In this document: one piece after another, positions 12,161-25,600 of the stretch
Layout of the letters: each line of letters begins with the position of its first letter
Numbering within the stretch: position 1 is the first letter of the stretch
Source: Anthoceros angustus
Lineage: Eukaryota; Plantae; Anthocerotophyta
Length of the DNA: 64,000 bases
Assembly: GCA_010909165.1 (NCBI GenBank)
Contig: MU008162.1
Location: 1,674,001-1,738,000 of the forward strand
Direction: 5' to 3'
Notes under the pieces: model-generated
Seen by the model: the letters and a program-made list of their open reading frames with translations, nothing else
Told to the model about the DNA's origin: nothing
The model's database searches: none
Program-made: the position numbers and the translations under genes

Positions 12161-15100
12161 TGTTAGAATTGCACAAGGCCTGGCAAGCCACAGCCTGGGC
12201 AGTGCAGCGGACAGGATCAACACATAAGCGGACACAAGCAGAGGTAATGGATGGCACACACAAAGCTCCACTGGCTTAGATAGGCTCCACAGTACGCATC
12301 AATATGGTGCACAAGGTGCTACATATATAGCCCTTAGGCTAGGCAGCTATCGAGGAGGTAAGCCCTAGACTCGATAGTGCAATATCCTAGTATATCCTAA
12401 TATACTAGAGTAGCAGAGGATTGAATCTCTAACACTCCCCTTCAAGCTAAAGCTACTTACCGACGCCAAGATCCGAACAAAACAAAAACTTTGCGCGAGC
12501 GCCTTGGTGAAGATATCCGCCACCATCTCCTCGGTGGAGGTATGAGATCCGAATCACGCCTTTGAGATCTATTCATGTGAACTGGGGAGTAGGTCTCCTC
12601 GTAGTCCAGCCCTTTCACCTGAGTGAAACCGTGAGCCACTAGTCTCGCTTTATGCCTTTCCAGAGATCCGTCAAGATTGTACTTCTTCTTGAAGTCCACT
12701 TGCACGACGGCTTTTCTCCCGGTGGCAAATCAACCAACGTCCAAACGTTGTTTTCGAGCATCGAATTATACTCAGTATGAATAGCTTCATTCCAACTCAC
12801 CTTCAGTCCGCTGTGCTTCCTCAATTGTGAGCGGATATCATCTTCGAGAAGAAAACACCATTACTCCGCTCACCATGTTGAGTCAGGCATTCTCGAGGAC
12901 CTTCCAAGGTGTCGAACCCTTGTCGACCGCCCTAATAGCTATTGGTTCGCCCTCCGCATCCTCCAATGCCGGAACTAACTCCTCAACTTGTCACAGTTCT
13001 CCGAATTTCCTCCGAGAATTTCGGGAACAATAGGTGGTACAACCTCACCGCTGATGTCCTCACCATCACCCTCCGGTGTGGTGATCCTCTTCGTCATTGG
13101 TGGATCCGGGACAAGGAAGGTGTCTGGATAAACTCGAGGTCAAACAAACCGTGCTCTCCGTGATGACTTCCAATATTGTTCTCATCGAACACGACATCGT
13201 AACTTTCATGCATCCGCTGTCGACGGATCCCACAACTGAAGTTTTCGCTCATTCGCATAACCAATGAAGCGCACTTGATGCTTCAACTTCTTCAGCTTGC
13301 TTAGGAACATGCGATATGCTACGCAAACACTCAAGTGTGAGACATTTGGTTTCTCACCAAACCAAGCTTCATGGGGTGTCATAGATCCACCTAGCGCCAT
13401 GGTTATCGACATATTCAGACGTACCGCCGCTACGCGCCCCCAAATATTAGGCATGACTTCCGCTAGCATGCTCGAGCTTGCAGATGGTGCGATTCTTCCG
13501 CCGGCAATCCTCGCCTGCTGAGGCGTGTACCTTGTCGCCAACGCCTCTCAATTCCGTCACGCATTCATCCTTGAAGAGTTTACTCAAATACTCTCCTCCC
13601 ATCCGTCAAGTTTCTTCAACTTCTTCCTTTGTTTCTCCGCCTAAACATCCGAAATGCTTGAGAGCATCACTCTTCTTCCGCAGAAGTACACCGTTTTCCC
13701 CAGAATCGAATGAACGAAATGTAGTACTGTCAGCATTCCTTGCTTCCACTTGCATTGGACCGCAAAGATCGAGTGAACAAGTTCCAAGACTTCTTTCTCT
13801 CGTGATCAAACATAAGACCTTCGGGGATGCTTGCCTTTCATACAAGCGCCACATGCACTGCTCGCCTTTGAGCTCCATGCCTGTCACGAGCTTCTTCCGC
13901 TCCATCTCCAGGAGAAACTTCAAGTTGGTATGCCCAAACCGTCTATGCCACAGTAAGGCATTTCCACCTTTCTCCGACATCGCAACCTCTTGGTCGTCAT
14001 GAACCTCCATCCGCAAGTTCTCAGACGGTGGCCTTTTGCCACCACATCGCCGTGCATCTGACCATTCTTCAAAAACAAAACTTCCTTCTTCGTAAAAAGG
14101 ACCAGCAGACCTGCATTGGTCAATGGTGCCACGGACATGAGATTTCTACGTGCGGTACAACAAGCCCTTCCATTGCCTTGACCTCGCCGAGCAACCGAGC
14201 CTGTACTCCCCACCCTCGACGCCTATCTCGCTATCGCTCAGGCGCACCGCCTTCTCCTTGTAGTCTTGAAGGAGCTCCTTATCCTTCACCATAAAGGATG
14301 TACATGCGTAATCTATCGCCGTATCGCTTCGCTTGTGTATTGTAGCATGCGTGCGATACTTCTTCTGCGAGCGTTGCCTCCGCAACCTCACCTTTACTCT
14401 CACCCTCCGTGAGATGTGCGGTCTTCCGATCCTTGCAATCCTTCTCATAATGACCATACTTGAAGCATTTCCACCGCCCTCTTCACTATTCTCTTGTCCT
14501 TCCTCCTGCGAGGACTCCCCCGCTTGTCCTTGTTCCGTTGTTCCGCCCCTTCCCTTGATGAACATCGCATGCTCCGGACTGAAGATCCCGCATTGCGTCA
14601 ATCGGCGAGTCTCCTTCGCCAACATCTTAGAGGTGACCTCCTCCCATGTGAGAGTGTCTTGGGCTATTAGGAAATCTATGAACCCCGACCAAGCTTGCAT
14701 AGAGCGATATAAGAATAGCTCCTCCATCGCATCGTACATCTTGTCGGATGCCTCATTGCAATAAACACGGAAGGTATCGATGTTCTCGCTCGCACGATAT
14801 ACTTCAACGCTTGAGCAAAAACAGCATACCCCGCCTCCCTTCTTGCCATATTTGTGGAGAGTAGATCCATGTACTTGGCCCCTTTGTCCGGATCTCCGCC
14901 TAGCTTAATGCCGGAGAGATTCATGTAAGAGCCGTGCGCGATGGTCTCTCTAACCTCCTCTTTCCCTGAGGAGGTTTCGCTTGCCTTCCGCAATGCAAAC
15001 GTCCTCCGCCATGAGAACCACCTTCATGTTTTCCATACAAACCTGCTCCATCAAACACCCGTGGCCTCTGGAAAATGAGGCGCCATCTTGGTCTGAGCCC

Positions 15101-15433
15101 CATCGCACCAACTCCACTGCTCGCCCAGGTCACTAAGCTCATTGCCATCGCGACTTAGTCGCAGTGCTCTCCTGATACCATGAGAAGGGTGAGCACAAGA
15201 AAGAGGAGGGGAAGGCTGTGGACAACATCAAGCACAAGCAGAGGTAATGGATGGCACACACAAAGCACCGGCTTAGATAGGCTCCACAAGACGCATCAAT
15301 ATGGTGCACAAGGTGCTACATATAGCCCTTAGGCTAGGCAGCTATCGAGGAGGTAAGCCCTAGACTCGATAGTGCAATATCCTAGTATATCCTAATATAC
15401 TAGAGTAAGTAGCAGAGGATTGAATCTCTAACA
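12161..15433 (-). mobile_element. Ty1/Copia LTR retrotransposon, internally deleted; LTRs 12161-12434 and 15181-15433
   Basis: Termini TGTTAGA...TCTAACA; 5-bp TSD CTGGG (12156-12160, 15434-15438); PPT next to left LTR; tRNA-iMet-type PBS complement ending at 15180; gag, WHRRFGH pre-integrase, integrase and RT-start ([18 protein letters not shown]) fragments; most of RT/RNaseH deleted. Confidence 0.93.
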
Positions 15434-15483
15434 CTGGGGGCGTTCTGTACATATGCTGACTTCAGTCATTGTGCAGGCCTGCA

Positions 15484-17352
15484 ATGGCACGGGTGGGGGG
15501 CATGGCTATGGCTGTCTGCCTGGTTGTCTGCCCTTGCTGTTCGTCGCAGGAGTAGTATGCCAAGAGTACGCAGCTGATGGTGGAGCAGGCTTGGGAACAA
15601 GCCTTGGTGAGGTCCCTGACTCGGACAACCATTACGGTAAAGACAAATATGATGATGGGAAGCACCTGGGCGACGAGTATCATAAAGATGACTCTGGTAA
15701 TGCGCAGCAGAATTACCAAGACAAGGTGGATGAATACCATGAGAAGGGTGAGCACAAGAAAGAGGAGGGGAAGGCTGTGGACAACATCAAGCACAAGATC
15801 AACGACATAGAACAAGATCATGGAGGAGAGGGAGAAGGCTGAGAACAAGATCAAGGCTGAGGGGAAGGAGGCTGAGCACCAGATCAAGGCGGAGGAGAAG
15901 GACGCTGAGCACAAGATCAAGGAGGAGGAGAAGGAGGCTGAGCGCAAGATCAAGGAGGAGGAGAAGGAGGCTGAGCGAAAATAAAGGAGGAGGAGAAGGA
16001 GGCTGAGCGCAAGATCAAGGAGGAGGAAAAGCAGCGGAAGAAGAAGGAGCGGGAGCAGAAGCTGGAGGAAGAGAAGAAGGAAAAGGAGGGGTACCAGCAG
16101 AAGGAGGAGGAAGAGAAGAAGTAATAGGAGGAGTACGCAGAAGGAGAAGAAGGAGGAGGAAGAGAAGAAGAAAAAGGAGGAGTACCAGCAGAAGAAAAAG
16201 GAGGAGGAGGAAGGAAAAAGACAGAAGTACGAGGAGAAGAAGGAGCAGAAGAACGAGGAGAAGAAGAAGAAGGAGCAGGAGCAGATGAAGGAGAAGGAGC
16301 AGAAGAAGGAGAAGAAGCAGCAGAAGGAGGCAGAAAAGGAAAAGCAGAAGGAGCAGAAGAAGGAGAAGAAGCACGAAAAGGAGGCAGAAAAGGAGACGCA
16401 GCAGCAAAAGGAGGAGGAGCAGAAGAACCTTCAGGAGGAAAAGCAAGATGCAATATTGCTTCAGGTCGCCCTCAATCTGGAGTACCTAAAAGCTGAATTC
16501 TTTTTGAATGCTGTAAAAGGCGAGGGATTGGACGCATTCGCTCCTTCCTTTGCCAAAGAGAGTCCCAAACCAAACGGCGCCCAGAAAGCTCATCTCGTTC
16601 ACCCTTTCTTCAAAATTGATCTGACACCAATTGAAAATGAACGCTCAGGGCCATCAAGCAGCTCCTCAGCGACAAATTCTTCGAAAGGCCTCACCTTGAC
16701 ATCAGCAGGGAGGTATTCGCCGAGCTCATCGACAGGTCGGCGAGAAGCTGAATCCCCTCTTCGACGTCTACGCCAGCCCCATCAACTTCTCCATCGGGGC
16801 CTACGCCATTCCATTCGTCGGCCTGACCGGCTATGCGGGCACGATCCCGAATCTGCTGACCCGGCCTTACAAGAGGGTCGTTGCAGGCTTGCTGGGAGTG
16901 GAAGCAGGGCAGGACGCAGCCGTCCGAGAGTATCTGTACGAGCGCAAGCTCGAGAAGGTGGAGCCATATCAGCACACGGTCGCCGACTTCACAGAGAAAA
17001 TTTCCTATCCGCGCAACAAGCTGTCGCAGGACGGCGTCCTGGACAAAGGCCTGCTGGTTCCCAAGCGCCTGGGCTCCGAGGAGAAGGTGACCGGAAATGT
17101 CCTGTCTTGAACAAGAACTCCATTTCCTATGCTCGCAAGCCCAGGCAGGTCAGCACTGTCTACGGCACCGGCAGCCCCAGCAAGCCTGGCGGCTTCTTCC
17201 CCCAAGGCGCCAAGGGCAAGCTTGCCAGCCACTTTCTGGGTCAGACAAAATCGCAGGAGGAGAAGAAATGCGGGCCCGAATATGATGACGGGAAGGCCGA
17301 ATCGGAGGAAGACGAGAAATCCTTCTCGGAATTGGATGAAGAGGAAAATTAG
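15484..17352 (+). CDS. Atypical PCC13-62-like protein: signal peptide, long K/E-rich region with 11-mer repeats, ferritin-like domain, acidic tail (frameshifted in this sequence)
   Basis: MARVGGMAMAVCLVVC... start; 11-aa repeats; LQVALNLEYLKAEFFL, AGLLGVEAGQDAAV and PGGFFPQGAKG motifs; tail ...ESEEDEKSFSELDEEEN*. Several indels, and a gap around the GLQEVGHLR exon end. Confidence 0.75.
15838..16030 (+). repeat. 33-bp coding tandem repeat x6 (11-aa unit AE[R/H/N]KIKEEEKE)
   Basis: Units start at 15838, 15871, 15904, 15937, 15970 and 16002 (unit 5 is 1 bp short). Confidence 0.9.
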
Positions 17353-17983
17353 CGGGTTTAGATTAGTGCATCGGAACTTCTGGTAGGGTAGAACCTTCTG
17401 TACAACATCATTTTTGGTGGCCATTAAGAAAGCAGGCCTGTGATATGAGTGTTGCTGAGCTTTCCCAGATTGCCAAGAGGGAGAAAATCCTTGTCTCGTC
17501 TTGCATACGCGTGGAAGCCTTGAATATGGTGACAGCATGACGACTTGCCTGAAAGCCTGGAAAGTGGAGACTAAGAAACTTGCATTGAAACCAGTCCCGA
17601 GCCAAAATATCTTCCCAGGTGGATGATCAGACGAGTGTTAAGTAAGCAAGCTAAGCTAAGCACTATCTTTTCTCAATGTGTTTAGGTACAAATCCTGATG
17701 ATAATCAGGTGAGGTCCATCGACTCCATACGGTAACAAAAACGTGGATTCCAGTTATGCTTCGAATGACGAATATCACGGTGTACGAAGATCATGGGCGA
17801 CAGCTTCCGAGAGAACTCCCATGGAATCTTTTGGTTCCCGTCAGTTGCGGGCTTTTACAGGCTGACATTCTTTCACCATATAATGACTTCCTTGCAGCAC
17901 AAGGCTACAAACACGAACAGAGATTTCTATCCTGTTGGGCTCCATCTTATTTGCTGTTATGAGTGTTACACCTAGCACTTCAC

Positions 17984-20900
17984 ATGGAGCCTCTGTGGCT
18001 GCAGGTAGTTCTGATTCTAATCCTGAGCTTCACCAGGTTGAGATACTGTGCTTCTGCTCAATCTGGCAAATATCCTACAGGTTGGTGGCCAGCAGAAGGG
18101 AGAAATTGTTCAGAGCATATTGCGAGTATTTTGAGTAGTTTATAATACGTGAGCTGTAGGTCGTAGCCATACCTGAGATGCAGCATTTGAACTGCATCAA
18201 TTGTCTGCACAGGATTTGTAAGCATCAACTGTGGAGGCAAAGACAATCACACAGATCCGAGCTCCGGCTTCTCGTGGCAGACGGATGACAACTACATTTT
18301 CACAGGGACAAAAACGAAGACTCGAGAGAATTCAGACTCACCTGGTCCATGGGAAGTCTTCCCCCTAGAAATGCGGGAGGTGAGATATTTTCCAGCTTCT
18401 TCAAGTCCAAGGAAGAACTGCTACTGGCTTCCTACGGACCATGGTAAGGTCTACCTCATTCGAGCTGGCTTCCTATGCAATGCCTACGAGGCGTTCACGA
18501 CCTCCCCGGATACCGCATTCAATGTATGTCCACCTGTGGTTGATGGAAATGGTTTTTCAGCTCCTAAACCTCCAACAAGTTTGCTCCTTAAGTAAGCTTG
18601 TCCTTCGAGTTGATGCAGATCTCGTTAGATGGCACATTCTGGAACACGGTATCCTGCGACAGCTCGAGCGCAGGAGGACCTCAGTACTTTGAAGCAGTCA
18701 CTGCAGAAGCCACTTCCACCAGCATCAGTGTTTGCTTGATTCGACTGGACAACAAGCACGCTTCTTTCATTAACTCCTTGGAGTCGCGCATCCTGAGCAA
18801 TAACCTTTACAGCCCTAAAGATTACGCTCTCTATGTCAGTAATGTCCATCTGTTTCTGGTGAACAGAGTGAACTTTGGTGAGCTTCGCTTTACTTACAGG
18901 TGAGGACGGTCTTCCTAACATCATTTCAAGAGTGCCCATCACATGCCCAAGGTTGCCCACAGGACTGTGAACATAAAACAACCTTGGTTTTCGTGTCAGC
19001 TGACAAATTTCTGTATGAAAATGGCAAGGTATCCGCATGATCCATGGGACAGGAGATGGCTTCCCTACCTGCAAGTGTTCCCAAATATGAGAGGGCTCAG
19101 AAACCTGAAAACTTCCCCTACTCGTATTCGTATTGCAGACAGCAAACATTATGATCCGCCACAGAGAGTCTTGTCTACAGCAATCGAGAGTCCCACTATC
19201 TCCTATGCATTTCCTCTGCCAGCATCCACAGGATACACCTACAGCATTCTGTACTTTGCCGACCTCAACTCATCAACTTCGGACCAGTATGAGCTCAACC
19301 CTCTTGAGATTCATGCATGTTGTAAACTGGTATGCTTTAATCGGAGCCTGGATTGTGTTGCCTGCAGGCGTGTGATGGAAGGGCATTTTGCAAAGAGAGG
19401 GCTTCTGGATGGCTACGTCTCCATTGTGCTGAACTTGACCGATCGAGCGCCACCATCCTCTGCTTTCGTCATGCCAGTGGTAGCATATGCACCTTCTTTG
19501 GGCTTCGACTCCACTATGTACGTCCCTGTGCTCAACGTAACCTTCTACAGATCGATCAACTCAACTCTAGACGCAATACTGAATGCAGCTGAGTTGTTTG
19601 TTCTTCGCTCCGTGGAAGAAGGCACCAGGCCCTCGGACAGTAAGATCAATTGATTATGGCGCCACTGTCATGACATCATCTACTGCGCTTTTCATTTGCC
19701 CATCTCTCGTTTGTGTTAAGTCCGGATTTATGACAGAAGTTGTATGTGGTGGTGATGAACTCAGAGGAAGCCTTGCAAAGCATCAAAAGGGACATGCAAT
19801 TACGTCAATGGACCGGTGATCCTTGCTTGCCTGTGCCATGGGACGAAATTACATGCACCGAAGGAGATTTTCACGAAGTTTCTTCCTTGTAAGACATCGT
19901 TGAACGTCATCCTTTCGCTACTGCGGAGTACTTACTGTTTTGGACAGACACCAGCATCTATCTGAGCCATTGTTGACAATCGTACATGACAGAATTCTCC
20001 CCGGGAGGAACATCAGCGGCCCAGTCCCCGAATCCATTGGGAATTTGTCCACGTTATCCGTCCTGTAATCAGCACTGTGCATGTGTTGTCTGCAAGTTTA
20101 CTTGCTCATATGTCATATGTTTGAGCTGACCACAACTCTCTTCATTCTATTCACAGAGATTTATCAGACAACCAACTGACAGGACCACTTCCTTCAAGCT
20201 TCGCCAGTCTGACAAGGCTGTCCACCTTGTAAGAGTCTTACTTCTGATTGATATCCAGCGCTTGATTGATCCGTCTTAATCTCTCTGCTCTGTTGTCCAG
20301 AAACCTTTCCAGCAACAATATCAGTGGCGAGTTCCCAACAGCTATCCTCAATGGTCTTCAAAATCTACAAACTTTGTGAGAGTCAGAAACCAACTGCTTC
20401 CCCAAGGAGCTCTTCTTCCAGACCAATCACGACTTTCCCTTGAATCATGCTGACTGCCACCTGGGCTGCAGGGATGTATCAAACAATCAACTAACGGGCT
20501 CCATTCCAGAAGCACTTATCGAGAAACTTGGGATAAACAACATCAAGTAAGCTGTATTCTGGATGGGACGACAGCCAGTTGAATCCTTGAAGCAATGCAT
20601 GCTAACATCGTTGGATCCTTAGATTCTCGGGAAATCCCGGCCTCAGTGTCTGCCATCCCGACGGCAAGGGATGCCCTGCTCCAGCTCGCGTGACTCTAGG
20701 TTCGCAGTCGTGGTTAATTGCCGCCTGTGTCGTGGCTGGCATCTTTGTGACTCTGTTTCTTCTTCCAATAACTTATGTCGGCATCCTCTACACCTCTTCA
20801 ACCAACGGTGGGTACTGCTAGTGCTCCAGCAATTGTGTTCAAAACACGCAAAGCCGATTTGGCTCAGGACTGCAATCCCATCTGGCTCCTGATGGTGTGC

Positions 20901-22321
20901 ACATGGGTTCAGGGCTCTTCGACAGAGACTACCGAAAGCTCCAAGAACGGCTGAGGAAGCAAGGAGCCAAGGCTCAACCTTATTCTCTGGCCAAGGTGAG
21001 AAAAGCAACCAAAGGATTCAAGTACCAAATTGGAGAAGGTGGATTCGGCTCAGTGTACTACGGTAGACTGGCCAGCGGGCAAGAAGTTGCTGTCAAAGTC
21101 ATGTCTCACAAGTCCCATCAAGGAAGACAAGAATTTCTCAATGAGGCAAGTACGTTTTCAGCAAGTTTTAGGCTGGAAACATCTTTCACAGACCTTATGG
21201 TTAACCTCACCTGCATCTTACACAGATAGAGCTGCTGTCCTTAGTGCATCACAAGTACTTGGTTTCCCTGGTTGGCTATTGTCAAGCATGGAGGCGCAAA
21301 ATTTTGGTATACGAGTACCTGAAGGGAGGGGATCTGCATGGAAGACTTCATGGTAATGTATGCTGCCCGCATCTTACATCTGTAAAGGGAAGTCTGTCTC
21401 TGATTCTGTTGGCTGTAGGAGCTGGGACTGGAGACAGCGCCCCTCTGACCTGGAGGGACCGAACAAGCATAATAATGGAGGTGGCAGAGGGTGAGAGTGC
21501 CAAGCCCAAACCTCATCCAACTCCCTTTCAAGCGTTAGGTTTGATGATTTCTTCGCAGGACTGTGTTATCTGCACACCGGATGCAAGCCGGGCATCATTC
21601 ATCGAGATGTGAAAAGCACCAACATCCTTCTCACAGAGGACGGATGCGCCCGAGTGGCGGATTTTGGGCTTTCCCGCATGGACGACGGAGACGCAACCCA
21701 CATTACCACCATCGTCAAAGGGACCACAGGATATCTTGACCCAGAGTATGGATTCCTCATTAAACAGATCTTGAAGACATGCTCTGAATCCTTATCTCCT
21801 CTGATGGACTGGTGCTTCAACTGCAGATACTACACGTCGCAAAAGCTAACTGATAAAAGCGACGTCTATAGTTTCGGCATTCTCCTACTCGAGATCATAA
21901 CTGGAAAACCACCAATAACGATGACACAGTCAGAGCAAGTCCACATCCTAGAGTTGGTACGTGTGACCTTCTGGAGTGGTAACGTTGTCCCCATCGTCTG
22001 GCAGAAAATTGTTCCTGAAGCTGTGTGCCCATCTCAAATCAGGTGCGCCAAACCTTGGTCACGGGTACAATAGAAGATCTGGCAGATTCAAGGCTGGGAG
22101 GCGACTACAGCAGAAGCAGGTTCTCTCGACTCGTGGCGCTTGCTCTGCAATGTGTGCAACCCAGCAGGCAGAACAGGCCCGCCATGACAGATGTTGTGCA
22201 ATGCCTGCGAAGCATGGGCCTAGAGCCCAGAAAGTCTGTAACCGACAGAGAAGGACTTGCCAGGCAGCACGAAAAGTCTGCAGAAGGGATCAGCAAGGAC
22301 AGGAGAATGATTCTAACCTGA
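17984..22321 (+). CDS. Malectin-like/LRR receptor-like kinase (LRR-I type), multi-exon
   Basis: Signal peptide [16 protein letters not shown]; GFVSINCGG malectin-like start (exon at 18213); [11 protein letters not shown]; about 4 single-LRR exons (19990-20550); kinase [33 protein letters not shown]. Confidence 0.88.
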
Positions 22322-22655
22322 AGAACCATGCACTTCCTTCCCCTTTCGAGGACTTAACCGCTAGGTCGTGTCAATGTCTCCTTCCATGAGCTGGATTCCC
22401 CAATGATTTTACTGGAGATGGAGTAGTGAGATCATGAATCTCAACACCCTGTAGCGGAGACGAATCTAGCAGTTCTGAAAGAAACCGAGATGGCTTCACA
22501 TCAACCTGCTTGCTTCTGTCCTTTAGGTAACATTTCTTCTTGTACGTCAAGTGCCTGATATAACCGGATACATGCGTGAATTCTTTTATTGACCGGCCCC
22601 TTCCAAGAAACCTCTAATAAGAACTTCACCAACCTTATGCGTGGAAGGATGGAAC

Positions 22656-25600
22656 TTACAGTTGCCTCTCAGCTCGAGTGATACCAACGTAAAAGAGACG
22701 CCTCTCCTCGGCTAGTTCCTCGCCCCAGCGAGATACAGGAAAATATCCATCCTCAAGCCCAATCAGAAATACACATCTAAACTCCAAACCCTTGGCTGCA
22801 TGAAGTGTCATTAGCTTCACTACATCCTGCATACAAGCAAGGGATGATGAGCCCTCCATCCACGATCGCCTTTCCATAACGTGCAGTGCGCATAACCCAA
22901 TCCGCACCTGCTTATCCGTGTCACCCCGCATCAGGGAGCAGTTTTGCAGAAACTGAGTGACACTATCTTCCTCGTCGTTAGAGTCATCTGGGCAATCCGC
23001 CAGAGCCTTTGACACCAATTCCAACATTCAAGACAAATGATGACCCATGGTACAAAGTGCTTGACTCACAACTGGGAAAGCATGAGTTCAAACAAAACCG
23101 AAGACCACCCTTCCCATAACTGGGTGTGCTTAACAGAATTATACCTTGAATTGCCTTACGTGCTCGAGTTTTTTCTGGAAGCCACCAGGTTCATTGCTCG
23201 CCTGGCCCTCTAAGTACTCAAGATAGTTGGTTCTGCAAAGAATAGCTCACAAACTATCACAACATAGACAACATCTGCTAAAGCATCACAAGCCAGCTGA
23301 AGACCATACGTTTAAACTCATTTCTCTAAACCACACTATTAACCTGAGTAACAGACCTAGTAAGAATTGTGTCGATGATGTCTGAAACTGAAGAAGATTC
23401 TCTCAGTAGACGAAGCTCCTGGATGATTGCACAAAACTCTGACACCGCTCTCCTGTGAGGAGCAGACGAAGTAAGAAAAAAACACAGGCATGCAGAAGAC
23501 TTGCTTGACAAACTGCCTGATACCAGCGACGCAGAATCCTACTCTTCAAAACCAGAGACAAAACAAACTTGCCTGGCCTTCGGGGCAACCTTCACTTCTT
23601 TTGTAGAAGGGAGTTCCTGAGCAAATGCCTGTCATCCAAGAAAAACATCCAACTTATGCAAAATATAGGAGTGCCAGTGCCAGAATCATGAACTCAACAC
23701 AAGCCACAAATGTTACTGTCTCAAGTTTTCCATGAGTATAGATGACAGACGTGCCTCAACGGCTTTAGGAAGAGGCAGCCCTCTTGTGGAACCCCACTCC
23801 TTTATGGCTTCAAGCGACTTCTCACCAATTCCTGCAGAGGGCCGTGCAAGGAGCTGAACCACCTGAAACTCTAGTCACAGACCTCTGATGATGCACGAGT
23901 GTGTCAGATCTCAGGTTTCTGATCCTCTGTCAGCATGCAATACCTCGTGGTGGTGTATTAATGACACGCCTCAGAGCGACCTCATGGTTTAAGTTCAGAA
24001 CAAGGATCAAGTAAGCTTGCAGATCCTTTGTTTCCTACAAGCCAATTACCACCAAGTTTCCATTAGAAACAAAATAACATGCACAGCTACAAAAGCAGGG
24101 ACAAGTAGGTTGGCGATCAGCAGTTGAGGCACAGACTTTGTGCTGCAGTAAAGGGGTCTCTCCATACACTCTGAATGGAATGCAAGCTTGTTGAAGTGCT
24201 GCCTGAATAGCAAGTCGCTGAAGCAGCCAAGATCCTTGTCAGAAGATTCCTTTACGTCTAGATTGTGGTTGGCCAGCCAAGTAGTTCGACAGCAAATAGG
24301 TTACCTGGACTCGAGCACGATACATAACAGCACAGCTTCCCCAACTACCTTCACCATTTTGAACATATCTTGAGATTCGCTCTACACAATATCTCGCCTC
24401 AGCATACTCATCCTTTGTCACAGAAATTGTGACAGGCAGGCCTGCAGGCTACAGTCAGACAATATGGGCGTTAGCAAAGACACCCAGAGCAAGGATGAGT
24501 TCAGAGAACAAGTGGAATTCAGGGGCTTATACCAGCGTTGCTTCCAAGGACTTCTCTTTAGTCTGTTCAGTTCTTGCTCTACCTTGGCTGATTATGAAGG
24601 AAGCTAGCTCAATGATATTCGCAGATGATCGGTAATTTTTCCGTAGCTGAACCGAGGCACATCTATGAGTAATTAGGAAATACTGAACTGAACCACTGAA
24701 TGTGCAACCAAAGAGGGCGGAGAATGTCTTCAAATCAGCCAAAAAGGATCTGTCACAATAACAGACATAAATCTATAACCCGGTGTAATTGCTAACCTCA
24801 TACGTGACCATTTCGGAAAAGTGTGCTATTAGATAAGATTGCATGTTGCGAAAGTCAGCGCCGCGCCACCCATAGATAGACTGTGAGGCATAATTTGAGT
24901 CTCACATCAGAGACAACAGATACAGGAGAAAGCAAAGATTTGGGTGCTTTGGTAGCGAATTGACTTTCAGTACAAATAGACCAGCATTCTCGTGACAAAA
25001 GACCGTTGCATCACAGTCAGTTATGATTACCATACCTGATCAACATCCCCGACCACAAAAAGGTTTCTATTTGATTGGCACAACAGGCGCACAAATTCAT
25101 ACTGAACCTGCAAAATCCACTCATCATGAAATTTGGTCTATTCCAGCCAGTTACATATTCATGAACTACATGTAACCTGGCTAGCCACATTAATAACATG
25201 CAAACCTGGTTTGTATCTTGGAACTCATCCACCAGAACATGGTTCCAACAGCTCTGCCAATACTGCAGCACAAAAGATCGTGAGTAACCATCAAGATGTT
25301 TAAGTAGAGGTAGAAGAGTGGTTGGTCACTTGTCAAAAGTGCAATCTGCACGTTACCTTAAGCACAGAAGGATGCAAGTGTAACAGCTTGACAGTCAAGC
25401 CAAGCATGTCATCATAATCGATTGCATTGCTGATTCTCAAACCAGCCTGCAAAGCATGAGAATTTGTATGAATTGAACAAACCCTAACATGAACTTTAGG
25501 ACTCACCAGCATAACAGACCCTTCCTAGCTTGAAGAGACCATTTTGGAGAGCTGGAGAAGAAAACTATGACTGCTGTGGCAGCTGCAAGCAGGCACATAG

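Noticed and set aside
15950-16453. Minus-strand poly-Leu and Ser/Pro-rich ORFs (15950-16453, 16015-16446)
   Set aside because: They are antisense shadows of the GAG/AAG-rich coding strand of the fusion gene.
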